The position numbers were made by a program, and so were the translations under genes. From contig CAWEMM010000001.1 of NCBI GenBank assembly GCA_963810095.1, forward strand, positions 32,001 through 96,000: a stretch of 64,000 bases of DNA. The letters run 5' to 3'. The DNA is from an uncultured Chloroflexia bacterium (GTDB taxonomy: Bacteria > Chloroflexota > Anaerolineae > CG2-30-64-16). Positions 31,121-41,036 of this stretch are shown in pieces. Under the pieces are notes generated by a model. It was not told where the DNA came from, did no database searches, and saw only the letters and a list, made by a program, of their open reading frames with translations. Within the stretch, counting starts at the first letter, position 1. Each line of letters begins with the position of its first letter.

Positions 31121-32629
31121 GTGCTCAAGGAGCGTCTTTCCCCCGACGACGCCCGCGGCGACAGGACACCTCGCGCGCCCACACGCACGCTCGAGCGAGT
31201 ACATTTGCCGTCACTGGGCCTGCGTTCGTCCGAGCGGCTGATGCTGCTCGCGCTTGTCGACGTGGCGCTGCTCATCGCCTCCCTCGCCATCGCGATCAAT
31301 ACCCGCACATCCTGGCTTGAAGCACCCAACGCCTTCTTCAATCTCTGGCGCTGGTGGGTCACCTTGGCGTTTGTCTGGTGGGTCACCTCTCAGGTGCTGG
31401 GGGCGTACGACCTGGCCCGGGCCGCCAGCGCGCCGCACAGTATATTAGCAGCTGGCAGCGCAGCCGCGCTCACCGTCCTCATCTACCAGATGATCCCGGT
31501 GATTACGCCTCCGCTGGGCTCCCGAGGGCTGAGCCTGCTCTTCGCCGCCCTGGCCGTCGTTGCGATAGCAGTCTGGCGCGGACTGTACGCCGTTCTGTTT
31601 GTCCAGCCCGCGTTCGAGACGTGTGCACTGGTCCTCGGCGCGGGACGCTCGGGCACTGCGCTTGCGGCCGCGCTGGCGCCTGAGCGCCGTGAACGCACGC
31701 CTAACCCCTACCATGGCACCGGATACCGGATTGTCGGCTTCGTGGACGACAATGCGGCCCGACAGGGCGACCGGATCGGCCGGGCGGAAGTCCTGGGTAC
31801 GAGCACCGATCTTCTCCGGCTCGCCCGAGAGTACCACGTGGACGAAGTCATCCTCGCGATCACGCATCGTGAAGCCATGCACCAGGCTGCATTCGACGCG
31901 TTGATGGCGTGTCGCGAAGAGGGTTACCACGTGACGACGATGGAGGCCGTTTACGAGCGCGTGCTGGGCCGTGTCTCGGTGGAGCATTGCGGACGGAACA
32001 TCGCGGCTGTGCTGCCCGTGGCGGAGCGCGGCCCCACGGAGCGCCTCTACGGCGTGCTCAAGCGGCTGACGGACCTGCTGATCGCCGCCGCACTCCTGAT
32101 CCCACTGCTGCTGGTTCTCCCGCTCGTGGCATTGGTCAACTTCGCCGGCAACCGCGGGCCGCTCTTCTACCGCCAGACGCGGGTGGGTCAAGCCGGCAGA
32201 CTGTTTAGGGTCTACAAGTTCCGCACCATGCGGCCGAACGCAGAGGCCGGGACCGGCGCTGTGTGGGCCGCCGACGCCGATCCGCGCATCACCCCCGTGG
32301 GCCGGTTCCTGCGCAAAACCCGCATCGACGAGCTGCCGCAGGTGCTCAACGTGCTGGCTGGCGACATGAGCGCAATCGGCCCCCGGCCCGAGCGGCCCGA
32401 GTTCGTGGAGCAACTGGCCCACGCCATCCCGTTCTACAAGGCCCGGCACGCCGTGCGGCCTGGCCTCACGGGCTGGGCACAGGTGCGCTTCGGCTACGGC
32501 AGCACGGTGGAGCACGCTCGCACGAAATTGGAGTACGACCTGTATTACGTCCGTCACTCCGGGTTCTACCTCGACGCGCTCATCGCTCTCAAGACAGCAG
32601 CCGTGATCTTCAAGCTGCAGGGCAAGTAG
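31121..32629 (+). CDS. Initiating polyprenyl-phosphate hexose-1-phosphate transferase (WbaP/WcaJ family)
   Basis: N-terminal TMs, then KRLTD, YKFRTM, DPRITPVGRFLRKTRIDELPQ, GPRPERP, PGLTGWAQV and DLYY. Confidence 0.94.
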   Translation: MLKERLSPDDARGDRTPRAPTRTLERVHLPSLGLRSSERLMLLALVDVALLIASLAIAINTRTSWLEAPNAFFNLWRWWVTLAFVWWVTSQVLGAYDLARAASAPHSILAAGSAAALTVLIYQMIPVITPPLGSRGLSLLFAALAVVAIAVWRGLYAVLFVQPAFETCALVLGAGRSGTALAAALAPERRERTPNPYHGTGYRIVGFVDDNAARQGDRIGRAEVLGTSTDLLRLAREYHVDEVILAITHREAMHQAAFDALMACREEGYHVTTMEAVYERVLGRVSVEHCGRNIAAVLPVAERGPTERLYGVLKRLTDLLIAAALLIPLLLVLPLVALVNFAGNRGPLFYRQTRVGQAGRLFRVYKFRTMRPNAEAGTGAVWAADADPRITPVGRFLRKTRIDELPQVLNVLAGDMSAIGPRPERPEFVEQLAHAIPFYKARHAVRPGLTGWAQVRFGYGSTVEHARTKLEYDLYYVRHSGFYLDALIALKTAAVIFKLQGK

Positions 32630-32632
32630 AGA

Positions 32633-33911
32633 CTGGCTGCCGAAATCCTCTTCCTGACACAGGTCCTGCCATACCCGCTCGATGCGGGTCCCAAGGTGCG
32701 CGCCTACCACATGCTGCGGCGCCTTGCGGCAAAGTACGACGTTACGCTAGTATCCTTCATCCGCCCCGACGATGCGCCCGCAGCCATTGCTCACCTCGGC
32801 CAGATATGCTGCGAGGTGCACACCGTGACGATCCGCCGCTCGGCCACCCGCAACGTACGGGCCGGGCTCAAGGGCTTGCTGACGGGGCTGCCAATGGTCG
32901 TCGCGCGACGAGATGCACGAGATGTTCACGCTCTTGCGCGGCTTGATGCGCCGGCCGTACGCAGTCATTCATGCAGATCAACTGTCCATGGCCGGGTACG
33001 CTCGTTTCGCGGCGAGCTGCGCGCACGGAGCGGCAGGCCGGCCCGCGACGCTGCTGGACGAGCACAATGCGATCTACCTGCTCACCGAGCGCATGGCTGC
33101 CGAGGCGAAGCACCCCGCGGCCCGGGCACTCATGCGGCGCGAGGCACGGGCGTTCGCCCGGTACGAGCGCCGCATGTGCACCAGCTTTGATGCCCTGTTG
33201 ACGGTGACCCAGGAGGACCGGGACCGGCTGCTCGCCCTCGTAGAGCCCACGGAACGGGCTCGCCTTGCAGAGCGGATGACTGTGGTCCCGATCTGCGTCG
33301 ACCCCGGTGAGACGCCTCCCGTGGTCAGAACGGGAGGCGGTCCGCCGACGATCCTGCACCTTGGCACGATGTTCTGGCCCCCGAACGTCCAGGGCGTGCT
33401 GTGGTTCGACCGGGAGGTGCTCCCACGTGTCCGGCAGGTGCTGCCCGACGCGCGGTTCGTGGTGGTGGGCAAGCAACCGCCGCCCGAGGTACGAGCCCTG
33501 GGCAAAGATCCCCGGACGGATGTGACGGGCTATGTTGCTGAGGTGACGCCCACTCTTGCCGCCACGGATGTCTTCATCGTGCCGGTCCATTCCGGCGGGG
33601 GGATGCGCGTGAAAATCCTGGACGGCTGGCTGTGGGGGCTCCCGATCGTGTCGACCGAAGTCGGCGCGGAAGGGATCGACACGCGGCCGGGCGAGGACAT
33701 CCTGCTTGCGCCCGATGGTGATGCGGATGCGTTCGCGCACGCAGTTGTCCGCATATTGACCGATCAGGCACTCAATGCGAAACTAAGGCGCAACGGGCGA
33801 ATGGCCGTCGAAGCCCGCTACGGCTGGCAGTCGGTGTACAGCCGGGTGGACGCGGTTTATGCGCGGCTGCTGCATCCTTTTTCATCCACCAACACAGAAT
33901 CACCGTTATGA
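32633..33911 (+). CDS. GT4 glycosyltransferase (frameshift near 32910; start uncertain)
   Basis: Motifs ILFLTQVLPYPLDAGPKVR, DEHNA, GTMFWPPN and GGGMRVKILDG. Confidence 0.85.
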
Positions 33912-36076
33912 CCGAACCGCAAACGCACTGTCCTTTCGTCGGCCTCGGCGCGGACCGCACCCTGCTCCGCAACGTGCCCGACGTCGCGCACCGCTGCTAC
34001 GCGCTCCAACCGCCCGGCTCGCCCGACGTGTATTACCAGAAGAACTTCTGCCTGGCGAGCAACCATACCCAGTGCCCCTTCTTCCAGGCGCCTCAAACCT
34101 TGCCCGAAATGAACCTGACGAACGGCACGCACGGCGGGTTCGAGATGACACCCGACCGGGCGCAGCCCGCCAAGATTCAACGCTGGCTGCCGCTCGTCGT
34201 GTGGGGCATCGTCGGCGCCCTGGCCTGTGTCGTGGCGTTCGTGTATCTGCGCGACGCCGCCGTCTTTGGCGCAAAGCCCACCCGGCAAGCCGCCACCGTC
34301 GCGACCACGGGTGCGGCCAGTGCGCAGGCCAGTGCACTCCGGGCCACCTTCACCATAGAAGCGCCGGCCGCGGTGCCAACTGCGGTTGTCGCCACCCCGG
34401 TTCGTTACAGCACCCCGACGCCGGAAGCGGGCGGACGCACCTTGACCCTCAGCGCGAAGAACGGCGAGGCCGGCTGGTGGACCGGAAACGAAGCACGCGG
34501 CAACCATCTGGGCGACTCGTTCCTATACTCGGGCTACACGGCCGACCAGTCGTTCATCTCGGCAGTGCGATTTGATCTCGCCGCCATCCCCCGCGGCGCG
34601 CCCATCCGGTCGGCCGAGCTGCGGCTGACAGGGCTGAAGGACGACCGCTTTGATCCTGCCGCGGGCGGGAACTGGAGCATCCAGGTCGTGCCCGGCGAAA
34701 GTCTGCCCGACTACGCTCGCAGTGATTTCCAGACGCTGCTCAACGTTCCCGGCGCTGTCACGCTTTTCCCGACGTTTTTCGCCGCTGACCTCGGCAAAGG
34801 CCGGGCAAACGTGGCTGCTTTTGACGACGCCGGCCGTGCCTGGCTCGAAAACCAGCTACGTGATGGAAAGACCAGCTTTGTCGCCCGTATCGTAGGCCCG
34901 GGCGGCGGAGATACCCTGTTCGGCTGGGACAGCGGGGCGGGCCCGGCGACGGGCGGCGAAGGCCCGCAACTGGTCCTGGCCCTGGGTCCCGCCCCGGCCA
35001 CTGCACCCCCCCTGCCGACCGAAGCGGTCATCGTGGCGACCGACACGCCGACCCCCGCGAATGTCCTCACCGCGGTCGTTCACGCGCTCGACGCGACCGC
35101 GGCCGCCGAGATTGGCACACCTGCTTATCGCTTCGTCTCGCCAACGCCGAGCCCCGCGAACATTGCCACCCTGCAGGCCCGCGCCCTGTTGGCAAACCTG
35201 CCCGCGATCGTGCCCGACACGCCGACCCCGGCCAACGAGGCGACCGCACAGATGCAACAGTTGGTGGCGACCGCAGAAGCGATCCTGACGGGCACGCCAA
35301 CGCCGCCACAAGCGGGTTTTGTGACGCCTATCGTCATCACGCCGACGCCCATGCCGGCCAACGTGATGACGGCGGCCGCACAATCCCTGACCGCGCCTGC
35401 CGCGCCGCTGGGGGGTACGCCGACACCTTGGCCCTTCAACATGATCGTCGCGACGCTCACCCCACCGGTGTTTGTTATCGTCGACACGCCCACCCCGGCC
35501 AACGAGGCAACGGCCACCATTCGTGCTGCCTACGCAACCGCCGTCACGATGCTCACGGGGACATTTACGCCGTTCCCGTACAATGCAGTCACGGCCACGC
35601 TGACACCAAGCCCCACTGCCACTGGCGTGCCCCCAACCGCAACGCTCACGCTGACCCCGACCGGAACCCCGACCGCAACGCCGCGCCCCGGGCGGGCCCC
35701 CCGACCCACCGCTACCCGCCGGGGCGGCAAGCCCACGGCCACACCCTCGATCCCGGCCAGCGCCTGCACCGATCCCCGCGTCCAGATCGCCGCCCCGAAG
35801 TCCGGCACGACAGCATCCAGGCAGCTCGAACTTCGAGGGCGGGCCGTCCACGAAGCGTTCGCAAGCTACGTGGTGGAGTTCGCGCGGGGTGCGCTGCCTG
35901 CGACCGGGTATGAAGAGGCGTTCCGCAGCGAGAGCCCGGTGGAGGATGGCGTGTTGGGCTCGTTCGTGATCACTGCGCTGCCCGACGGGGTCTACACCCT
36001 CTCGCTGCGCGTCGTGCCCTCCTCGGGTGAAGCGCCGCCGCCCTGCCGAGTCGTCATCCGGGTCCAGAATAAATGA
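33908..36076 (+). CDS. Membrane-anchored Pro/Thr-rich surface protein with an N-terminal Cys/His motif
   Basis: CPF-x14-HRC-x15-C-x4-H-x2-CPF, one TM, a DNRLRE-like beta domain (FDLAAIPRGAPIRSAELRL), TPTPAN repeats and an Ig-like C-terminus. ATGA overlap with the upstream GT. Confidence 0.75.
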   Translation: MTEPQTHCPFVGLGADRTLLRNVPDVAHRCYALQPPGSPDVYYQKNFCLASNHTQCPFFQAPQTLPEMNLTNGTHGGFEMTPDRAQPAKIQRWLPLVVWGIVGALACVVAFVYLRDAAVFGAKPTRQAATVATTGAASAQASALRATFTIEAPAAVPTAVVATPVRYSTPTPEAGGRTLTLSAKNGEAGWWTGNEARGNHLGDSFLYSGYTADQSFISAVRFDLAAIPRGAPIRSAELRLTGLKDDRFDPAAGGNWSIQVVPGESLPDYARSDFQTLLNVPGAVTLFPTFFAADLGKGRANVAAFDDAGRAWLENQLRDGKTSFVARIVGPGGGDTLFGWDSGAGPATGGEGPQLVLALGPAPATAPPLPTEAVIVATDTPTPANVLTAVVHALDATAAAEIGTPAYRFVSPTPSPANIATLQARALLANLPAIVPDTPTPANEATAQMQQLVATAEAILTGTPTPPQAGFVTPIVITPTPMPANVMTAAAQSLTAPAAPLGGTPTPWPFNMIVATLTPPVFVIVDTPTPANEATATIRAAYATAVTMLTGTFTPFPYNAVTATLTPSPTATGVPPTATLTLTPTGTPTATPRPGRAPRPTATRRGGKPTATPSIPASACTDPRVQIAAPKSGTTASRQLELRGRAVHEAFASYVVEFARGALPATGYEEAFRSESPVEDGVLGSFVITALPDGVYTLSLRVVPSSGEAPPPCRVVIRVQNK

Positions 36077-36687
36077 CCTCCTCCACCCGCTACCGCGTCC
36101 CCGCGGCCCGGGTGCGCGTGGAGGAGGTCATTTCGCGCTCGCGGTTTATCACGACCGCGGGGCCGGCCGCGGACATCGACGAAGCCAAGGCATTCATTGC
36201 GGGCATTCGGGCCGAGTTTACGGATGCGACCCACAACTGCTATGCCTTTGCGGCCGGACCGCCCGGCTCGACCGCCATGGCCGGGATGAGCGACGACGGC
36301 GAACCAGGGGGCACGGCGGGCCGGCCGATGCTCGCCGTGGTCCTGGGCAGCGGCGTTGGCGACCTCGTGGTCGTCGTGACACGCTACTACGGCGGCACCA
36401 AACTCGGCACCGGGGGTCTGGTGCGTGCCTACAGCGGCGGAGTGAAGGCGGTGCTCGAAGTGCTGCCCCTTCGTGAGAAGGTCAGCTACCGGACGCTGTT
36501 GGTCAGCGGACCGTACTCGTATGTCACGCCGCTCGAGCGCCTGCTGCCGGATTATGAGGCCACCGTGCAGGGCCGAGATTTCGCGGCGGACGTGACGTGG
36601 CAGCTCCAGGCGCCCGCAGAACAAATCGAGGGCCTTGCGGCGGCCCTCATCGAGATGAGCCGCGGCGAGCTCGAGATCGTGCTGTGA
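36073..36687 (+). CDS. yigZ: YigZ/IMPACT family protein
   Basis: Motifs SRFI, DATHNCYAF, SDDGEPGGTAGRPML and TRYYGGTKLGTGGLVRAY. Confidence 0.92.
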   Translation: MTSSTRYRVPAARVRVEEVISRSRFITTAGPAADIDEAKAFIAGIRAEFTDATHNCYAFAAGPPGSTAMAGMSDDGEPGGTAGRPMLAVVLGSGVGDLVVVVTRYYGGTKLGTGGLVRAYSGGVKAVLEVLPLREKVSYRTLLVSGPYSYVTPLERLLPDYEATVQGRDFAADVTWQLQAPAEQIEGLAAALIEMSRGELEIVL

Positions 36688-36720
36688 GCCCCGCTGCAGC
36701 CGGTCTTCGCCAGGTCGTTT

Positions 36721-36730
36721 GTGCTATAAT
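36721..36730 (+). promoter_or_regulatory. Extended -10 promoter candidate
   Basis: GTGCTATAAT about 65 nt before the CapA-family gene. Confidence 0.6.
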
Positions 36731-36795
36731 GGCGCAATCCGCCACCGAATTCAGCGGCGGACTGCGATTGATCCGACAAGAGGAGTCTCGTTAGC

Positions 36796-38592
36796 GTGCG
36801 ACCACCGTTGATTCGCTGTGTCTTCATTGGCATTGTCATCGTACTGATCTCGGCCGGTTGCGCCAACCCCGGCGCAGCCCCCACCCGGGCAACGGTGGCC
36901 CCGATCGCAACCGCAACGTTCGAGCCTCTGCAGACCGTCACGGTGGACATGACGCCTGCCCTGGCCACCGGGTCCCCAGTCGTAGTTACCAGCGCAACCG
37001 AAGCGCCCGCAGGCCCCAGCCCTACCCCTGCGCTCAAGCCGGGACGCGGATTCCTGGGCGTGAGCGTTGCCGCGACTGCGCCGGCTGCAGCGGCGAACGG
37101 CGTGCTAGCCGGACTCAAGGGCGCCGGGATCAAGGCCGAGCAGGTGGTCGAAGCAGCCGACCTGGAACTCGTGGGCGCGTCGGCCGAGGGCGCTGCCCTC
37201 GTGTACGAGCGGGTTTTCACGCCTGTCGATCGCTTGTCGACAGTGCTCGACAGCATCGCCCTGACCGAGCTGCGGGGTGTCTGGACAGGCAGCGCCCAAA
37301 CGCCGAACTTCACGAACATCTACGTCAACCAGGACGACGTTCCCGAGCTGACGCTGCTGCTGGGGCAGCCCGGCGCCGCCGTTAGGCCCGTGCCGGGTCA
37401 GGGCGTGCAGGACGCCGTGTGGGGCGACAAGATGGGCCTGGGCCTGCTCCCCTTCGATGAGCTGAACGTCAAGACCCGCGCCATCAAGCTGGACGGACAG
37501 ACCCCGGTCGACAACCGCTTCAAGGCCGCGGAGTGGCCCCTCACAGCCCGCGCCTACGTGCTCCCCAAGACCAACGGCGGCCGCGACGCCCTTGCGAAAG
37601 CCAACATTGCGCCCGTCACGAACCGGGACGCGAGCAAGCTCACCGTGCTGATCATGACCGGCGTCACGGCCATGGCGCGCAATTCCGCGGTGGCAATCGA
37701 GAGGTCGGGCGACCCGGGCTTCCTGGCCGAACAGGTTGGGCCAGAGCTTGCCGCCGCGGATATCACGATCATCAGCAACGAGATCCCGTTCGTGCCGAAC
37801 TGCAAGGCGAACAACACGTTGAACAATCTGTTGTTGTGTTCGAAGCCCGAGTATTGGAAGAACCTGGAACTCTCCGGGGTCGATGCGATTGGGCTGACCG
37901 GCAACCACATGAACGACTTTGGCTACGACAATTTCAACTGGACGATTGACTTCTACCAGGAGAAGAAGATACCGCACTACGGCGGGGGGCACACGGACGA
38001 AGAGGCGCGCAAGCCGCTCATCCTGGAGCAGAACGGCAACAAGCTGGGCTTCATCGGCGCAAACAGCTGGGGACCAGAGTTCTACTGGAACGCAAACGGC
38101 GAGAAGGTGAGCGCGTGGGCCGGCCAGGACAACCCCGGCGCTGCGCGCTTCGAGCTGAAGCAGATGCAAGCGGACATCGCGGCGCTGAAACCGCAGGTCG
38201 ACCTGGTCTTCGGCGAGGTTCAGCATACTGAATTCAACGCGGCGGGCGACTACCAGACGGAACCGATCCCACAGCAAGAGACGGATTTTCGGGGTATGAT
38301 CGACGCGGGCGCGGAGGTGGTGACAGGGGTTATGGCCCATGCGCCGCAAGCGCTGGAGACCCGGGATGGCAAGCTGATCCTGTACGGACTGGGCAACCTG
38401 TATTTCGACCAGACGTGGAGCTGGCAGACGCGGACGGGACTGGTGCCGCGACATACCATTTACAAGGGCAAGCTCATCAACACGGAACTGCTCGTAACCG
38501 TGATTGACAAGAACTTCCAGCTTCGCTGGGCAACGCCCGACGAGCGGATACAAGTATTGAAGAGTGTGTTTGACGTGAGCCGGTGGAACTGA
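36796..38592 (+). CDS. CapA/PGA_cap-family metallophosphatase lipoprotein
   Basis: Lipobox ISAGC, a Pro/Thr linker, and motifs SNE, TGNHMNDFG, AHAPQ and YGLGNLYFDQ. Confidence 0.85.
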   Translation: MRPPLIRCVFIGIVIVLISAGCANPGAAPTRATVAPIATATFEPLQTVTVDMTPALATGSPVVVTSATEAPAGPSPTPALKPGRGFLGVSVAATAPAAAANGVLAGLKGAGIKAEQVVEAADLELVGASAEGAALVYERVFTPVDRLSTVLDSIALTELRGVWTGSAQTPNFTNIYVNQDDVPELTLLLGQPGAAVRPVPGQGVQDAVWGDKMGLGLLPFDELNVKTRAIKLDGQTPVDNRFKAAEWPLTARAYVLPKTNGGRDALAKANIAPVTNRDASKLTVLIMTGVTAMARNSAVAIERSGDPGFLAEQVGPELAAADITIISNEIPFVPNCKANNTLNNLLLCSKPEYWKNLELSGVDAIGLTGNHMNDFGYDNFNWTIDFYQEKKIPHYGGGHTDEEARKPLILEQNGNKLGFIGANSWGPEFYWNANGEKVSAWAGQDNPGAARFELKQMQADIAALKPQVDLVFGEVQHTEFNAAGDYQTEPIPQQETDFRGMIDAGAEVVTGVMAHAPQALETRDGKLILYGLGNLYFDQTWSWQTRTGLVPRHTIYKGKLINTELLVTVIDKNFQLRWATPDERIQVLKSVFDVSRWN

Positions 38593-38606
38593 CGTGGTTC
38601 TACCGC

Positions 38607-38692
38607 AACCACGAAGGACCGAAGACACAAACGGGCACTAAGGCCCTTCCGGAAAGCTTTGTGATCCTTCAGTTCTTTGGTCCCTCGTGGTT
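38607..38692. repeat. 86-bp intergenic element with 19-bp terminal inverted repeats (MITE/REP-like)
   Basis: AACCACGAAGGACCGAAGA versus TCTTTGGTCCCTCGTGGTT, 17 of 19 complementary. Confidence 0.65.
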
Positions 38693-38716
38693 AGCAGGAC
38701 GTCTGCGGGAGTGCAA

Positions 38717-40480
38717 GTGCTGAAGCGATTTTTGACGACGAAAGAAGAGGATCTGCTCAAGGAAGAGCGGCGCCAGCTGACCCTCCTGCGCGCTCCCCTG
38801 AGCAGTCTCGATGCCAGCCAGGAAGACATGAGCGTTCTCGAGCGCTCGCTGCTCCAGCTGGACGAGTTGTTCTTGTTGGTCATCGTGGGCGAGTTCAACT
38901 CGGGCAAGACAGCCTTCATCAATGCGCTCCTCGGCGAGCGGTTCCTGACAGAAGGCGTCACCCCCACGACGGCGGCCATCCACATTATCCGCTACGGCGA
39001 CGAACCAAAGCTGCTGCCCGGCGCGGCCACGCCCTATGGCGTGGGCGACCGGGATGTCATCGCGGTCACTTACCCCGTGGAATGGCTGCGCGACATCAAC
39101 ATTGTCGATACGCCGGGCACCAATGCCATCATCCGCAAGCACGAAGAAATCACCTCTGAGTTCGTTCCGCGCGCCGACCTCATCCTCTTCGTCACGTCTG
39201 CCGACCGGCCCTTCACCGAGAGCGAGCGCCAGTTTATCACGCGCATTCGCGACTGGGGCAAGAAGGTAGTCTTCGTGGTGAACAAGATCGACATCCACGA
39301 GGAGGCGGACGTTGTGGATGTATTGGGCTTTGTGAAGGAGAACGCGCAGGCGCTGCTCGGACGCGAGCCGATCGTCTTCGGAGTGTCGAGCCGGCAGGCG
39401 CGGCAGGCGAAGAACTCGGCCGATGCGGACGAGCGCACCCGCCTCTGGGCGCAAAGCCGGTTCGAGAGCCTGGAGCGCTACATCCTCGAGACGCTGGACG
39501 AGCAGGAGCGGCTGCGGCTAAAGCTCGCGAATCCGCTCGGCGTGGCGCAGAAGCTGGTCGAGAAGTATCTTGGGGTGGCCGGGGCGCGCCGCGAACTGCT
39601 AAAGGACGACGTCCAGACCGTCCGGACGATCGAGGCGCAACTGGGTGCGTACGAAGGGGACATGCGCCGTGAGTTCAAGTACCACCTGAGCCACGTGGAC
39701 AACGTGCTCTACGGGATGGCGCAGCGCGGGGACAACTTCTTCGACGAGACGATCCGCATCCAGCGCATCCTCGACCTGATGAACGCGGACCGCATCCGGG
39801 GCATGTTCGAGCGCGAGGTCATCGCAGACACGCCGCTTCAAATTGAGACGCAGACGCGCGACCTGATCGATTGGCTGGTGGATCAGGATTACCGCCAGTG
39901 GCAGGCCGTCACGGACTACCTCAATAAGCGAATCGCGCGGCATGAGGCCGAGATCGTCGGCCAACTCGGCCCGTTCGAGATCAACCGCCAGCAGCTGATC
40001 GAGTCGGTGGGGCGGACCGCCCGGGAGGTCGTCTCGACCTACGACCATGAGGCCGAAGCGCGCGAGTTGGGGGATTCAGTGCAACGGGCAGTGGCCCAGA
40101 CGGCCTTGGTCGAAGTGGGCGCGGTGGGGCTCGGTGCGCTTCTGGTCAAGGTGCTGGCCCTGACCGTGGCCGACATCACCGGCATACTGGCGGCCGGCGC
40201 CATCGCCGCGTTCGGCTTCTACATCATCCCCAACAAGCGGCGGCGCGCAAAGCTCGACCTGCAAGACAAGATCAACGACCTGCGCCGGCGGCTGGGCGAC
40301 GCGCTGACCGGGCAGTTCGAGAGTGAGCTGACGCGCTCGCTGACGAATATCCGGTCGGCAATGCGGCCGTACACCCGGTTCGTGGAGACGCAGCAGGTGT
40401 CGCTGGCCGACACCGAGCAGGCACTGCAGGCGGCGCAGGCCAGCTTGCAGACCCTCGCGACGCGGGTGGGTGACCTGTAG
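38717..40480 (+). CDS. Bacterial dynamin-like (Fzo/FZL-type) GTPase
   Basis: G1 GEFNSGKT, G2 TPTT, G3 DTPG and G4 NKID, a long helical stalk, and a hydrophobic hairpin near the C-terminus. Confidence 0.9.
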   Translation: MLKRFLTTKEEDLLKEERRQLTLLRAPLSSLDASQEDMSVLERSLLQLDELFLLVIVGEFNSGKTAFINALLGERFLTEGVTPTTAAIHIIRYGDEPKLLPGAATPYGVGDRDVIAVTYPVEWLRDINIVDTPGTNAIIRKHEEITSEFVPRADLILFVTSADRPFTESERQFITRIRDWGKKVVFVVNKIDIHEEADVVDVLGFVKENAQALLGREPIVFGVSSRQARQAKNSADADERTRLWAQSRFESLERYILETLDEQERLRLKLANPLGVAQKLVEKYLGVAGARRELLKDDVQTVRTIEAQLGAYEGDMRREFKYHLSHVDNVLYGMAQRGDNFFDETIRIQRILDLMNADRIRGMFEREVIADTPLQIETQTRDLIDWLVDQDYRQWQAVTDYLNKRIARHEAEIVGQLGPFEINRQQLIESVGRTAREVVSTYDHEAEARELGDSVQRAVAQTALVEVGAVGLGALLVKVLALTVADITGILAAGAIAAFGFYIIPNKRRRAKLDLQDKINDLRRRLGDALTGQFESELTRSLTNIRSAMRPYTRFVETQQVSLADTEQALQAAQASLQTLATRVGDL

Positions 40481-40510
40481 GCACAAAGCCGGATTCTCGG
40501 GGCCGCTGCG

Positions 40511-41011
40511 ATGACTTTCACGCTCAGGCTGTTGGCCGATGCCGATATCCCTGCGCTACAGCGCCTCTACGACCGCGCGCCTGAACTGTTCGTCAGGCTG
40601 CTCGGCGCGCCCGCGGCGCCCGACCAGGCGATCCGGGATTTTCTGGACGCGCTGAAGTCGCCGGGCCGTTTTCAATTCGCGATCGAGTTTCGCGCCGAGC
40701 TCGTGGGAATGGCAGACTGCAAGCTGGACGACGAGGAAGAGGGCGTGGCGCACATCGGAATGGTGCTTCTCGACGAGCCGTATCGCGATCCTGACATCCT
40801 CGCGTTGGTGGTCCGCGTGCTCGAGCGCTGGCTCGTAACCGAGTACGGCGTGCGGCGGATTGAGGTGGGTGCGCCGGCGAGCGCGGCCGCGGAGATCGCG
40901 TTCTGGCAAGGCCAGGGCTACGAGTTCACGGGCAACCAGTACCGACGCGAGCTGCCCGGCCGCGCGCCGCGGTTTTTGAGCATGGCGAAGGAAATCAAGC
41001 CGCCGGCCTAG
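40511..41011 (+). CDS. GNAT-family N-acetyltransferase
   Basis: 166 aa with motifs LVGMAD, AHIGMVLL and AFWQGQGY. Confidence 0.7.
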   Translation: MTFTLRLLADADIPALQRLYDRAPELFVRLLGAPAAPDQAIRDFLDALKSPGRFQFAIEFRAELVGMADCKLDDEEEGVAHIGMVLLDEPYRDPDILALVVRVLERWLVTEYGVRRIEVGAPASAAAEIAFWQGQGYEFTGNQYRRELPGRAPRFLSMAKEIKPPA

Positions 41012-41036
41012 TCAACCACGTTCGAGTGACAACTGC

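Noticed and set aside
34990-35760. Repetitive DNA suggestive of a CRISPR or tandem array
   Set aside because: The repeats are degenerate, in-frame Pro/Thr codons with no constant repeat-spacer period.
36796-38592. Poly-gamma-glutamate capsule locus
   Set aside because: There is only a CapA-family domain, with no capB or capC. Stand-alone CapA homologs are common.
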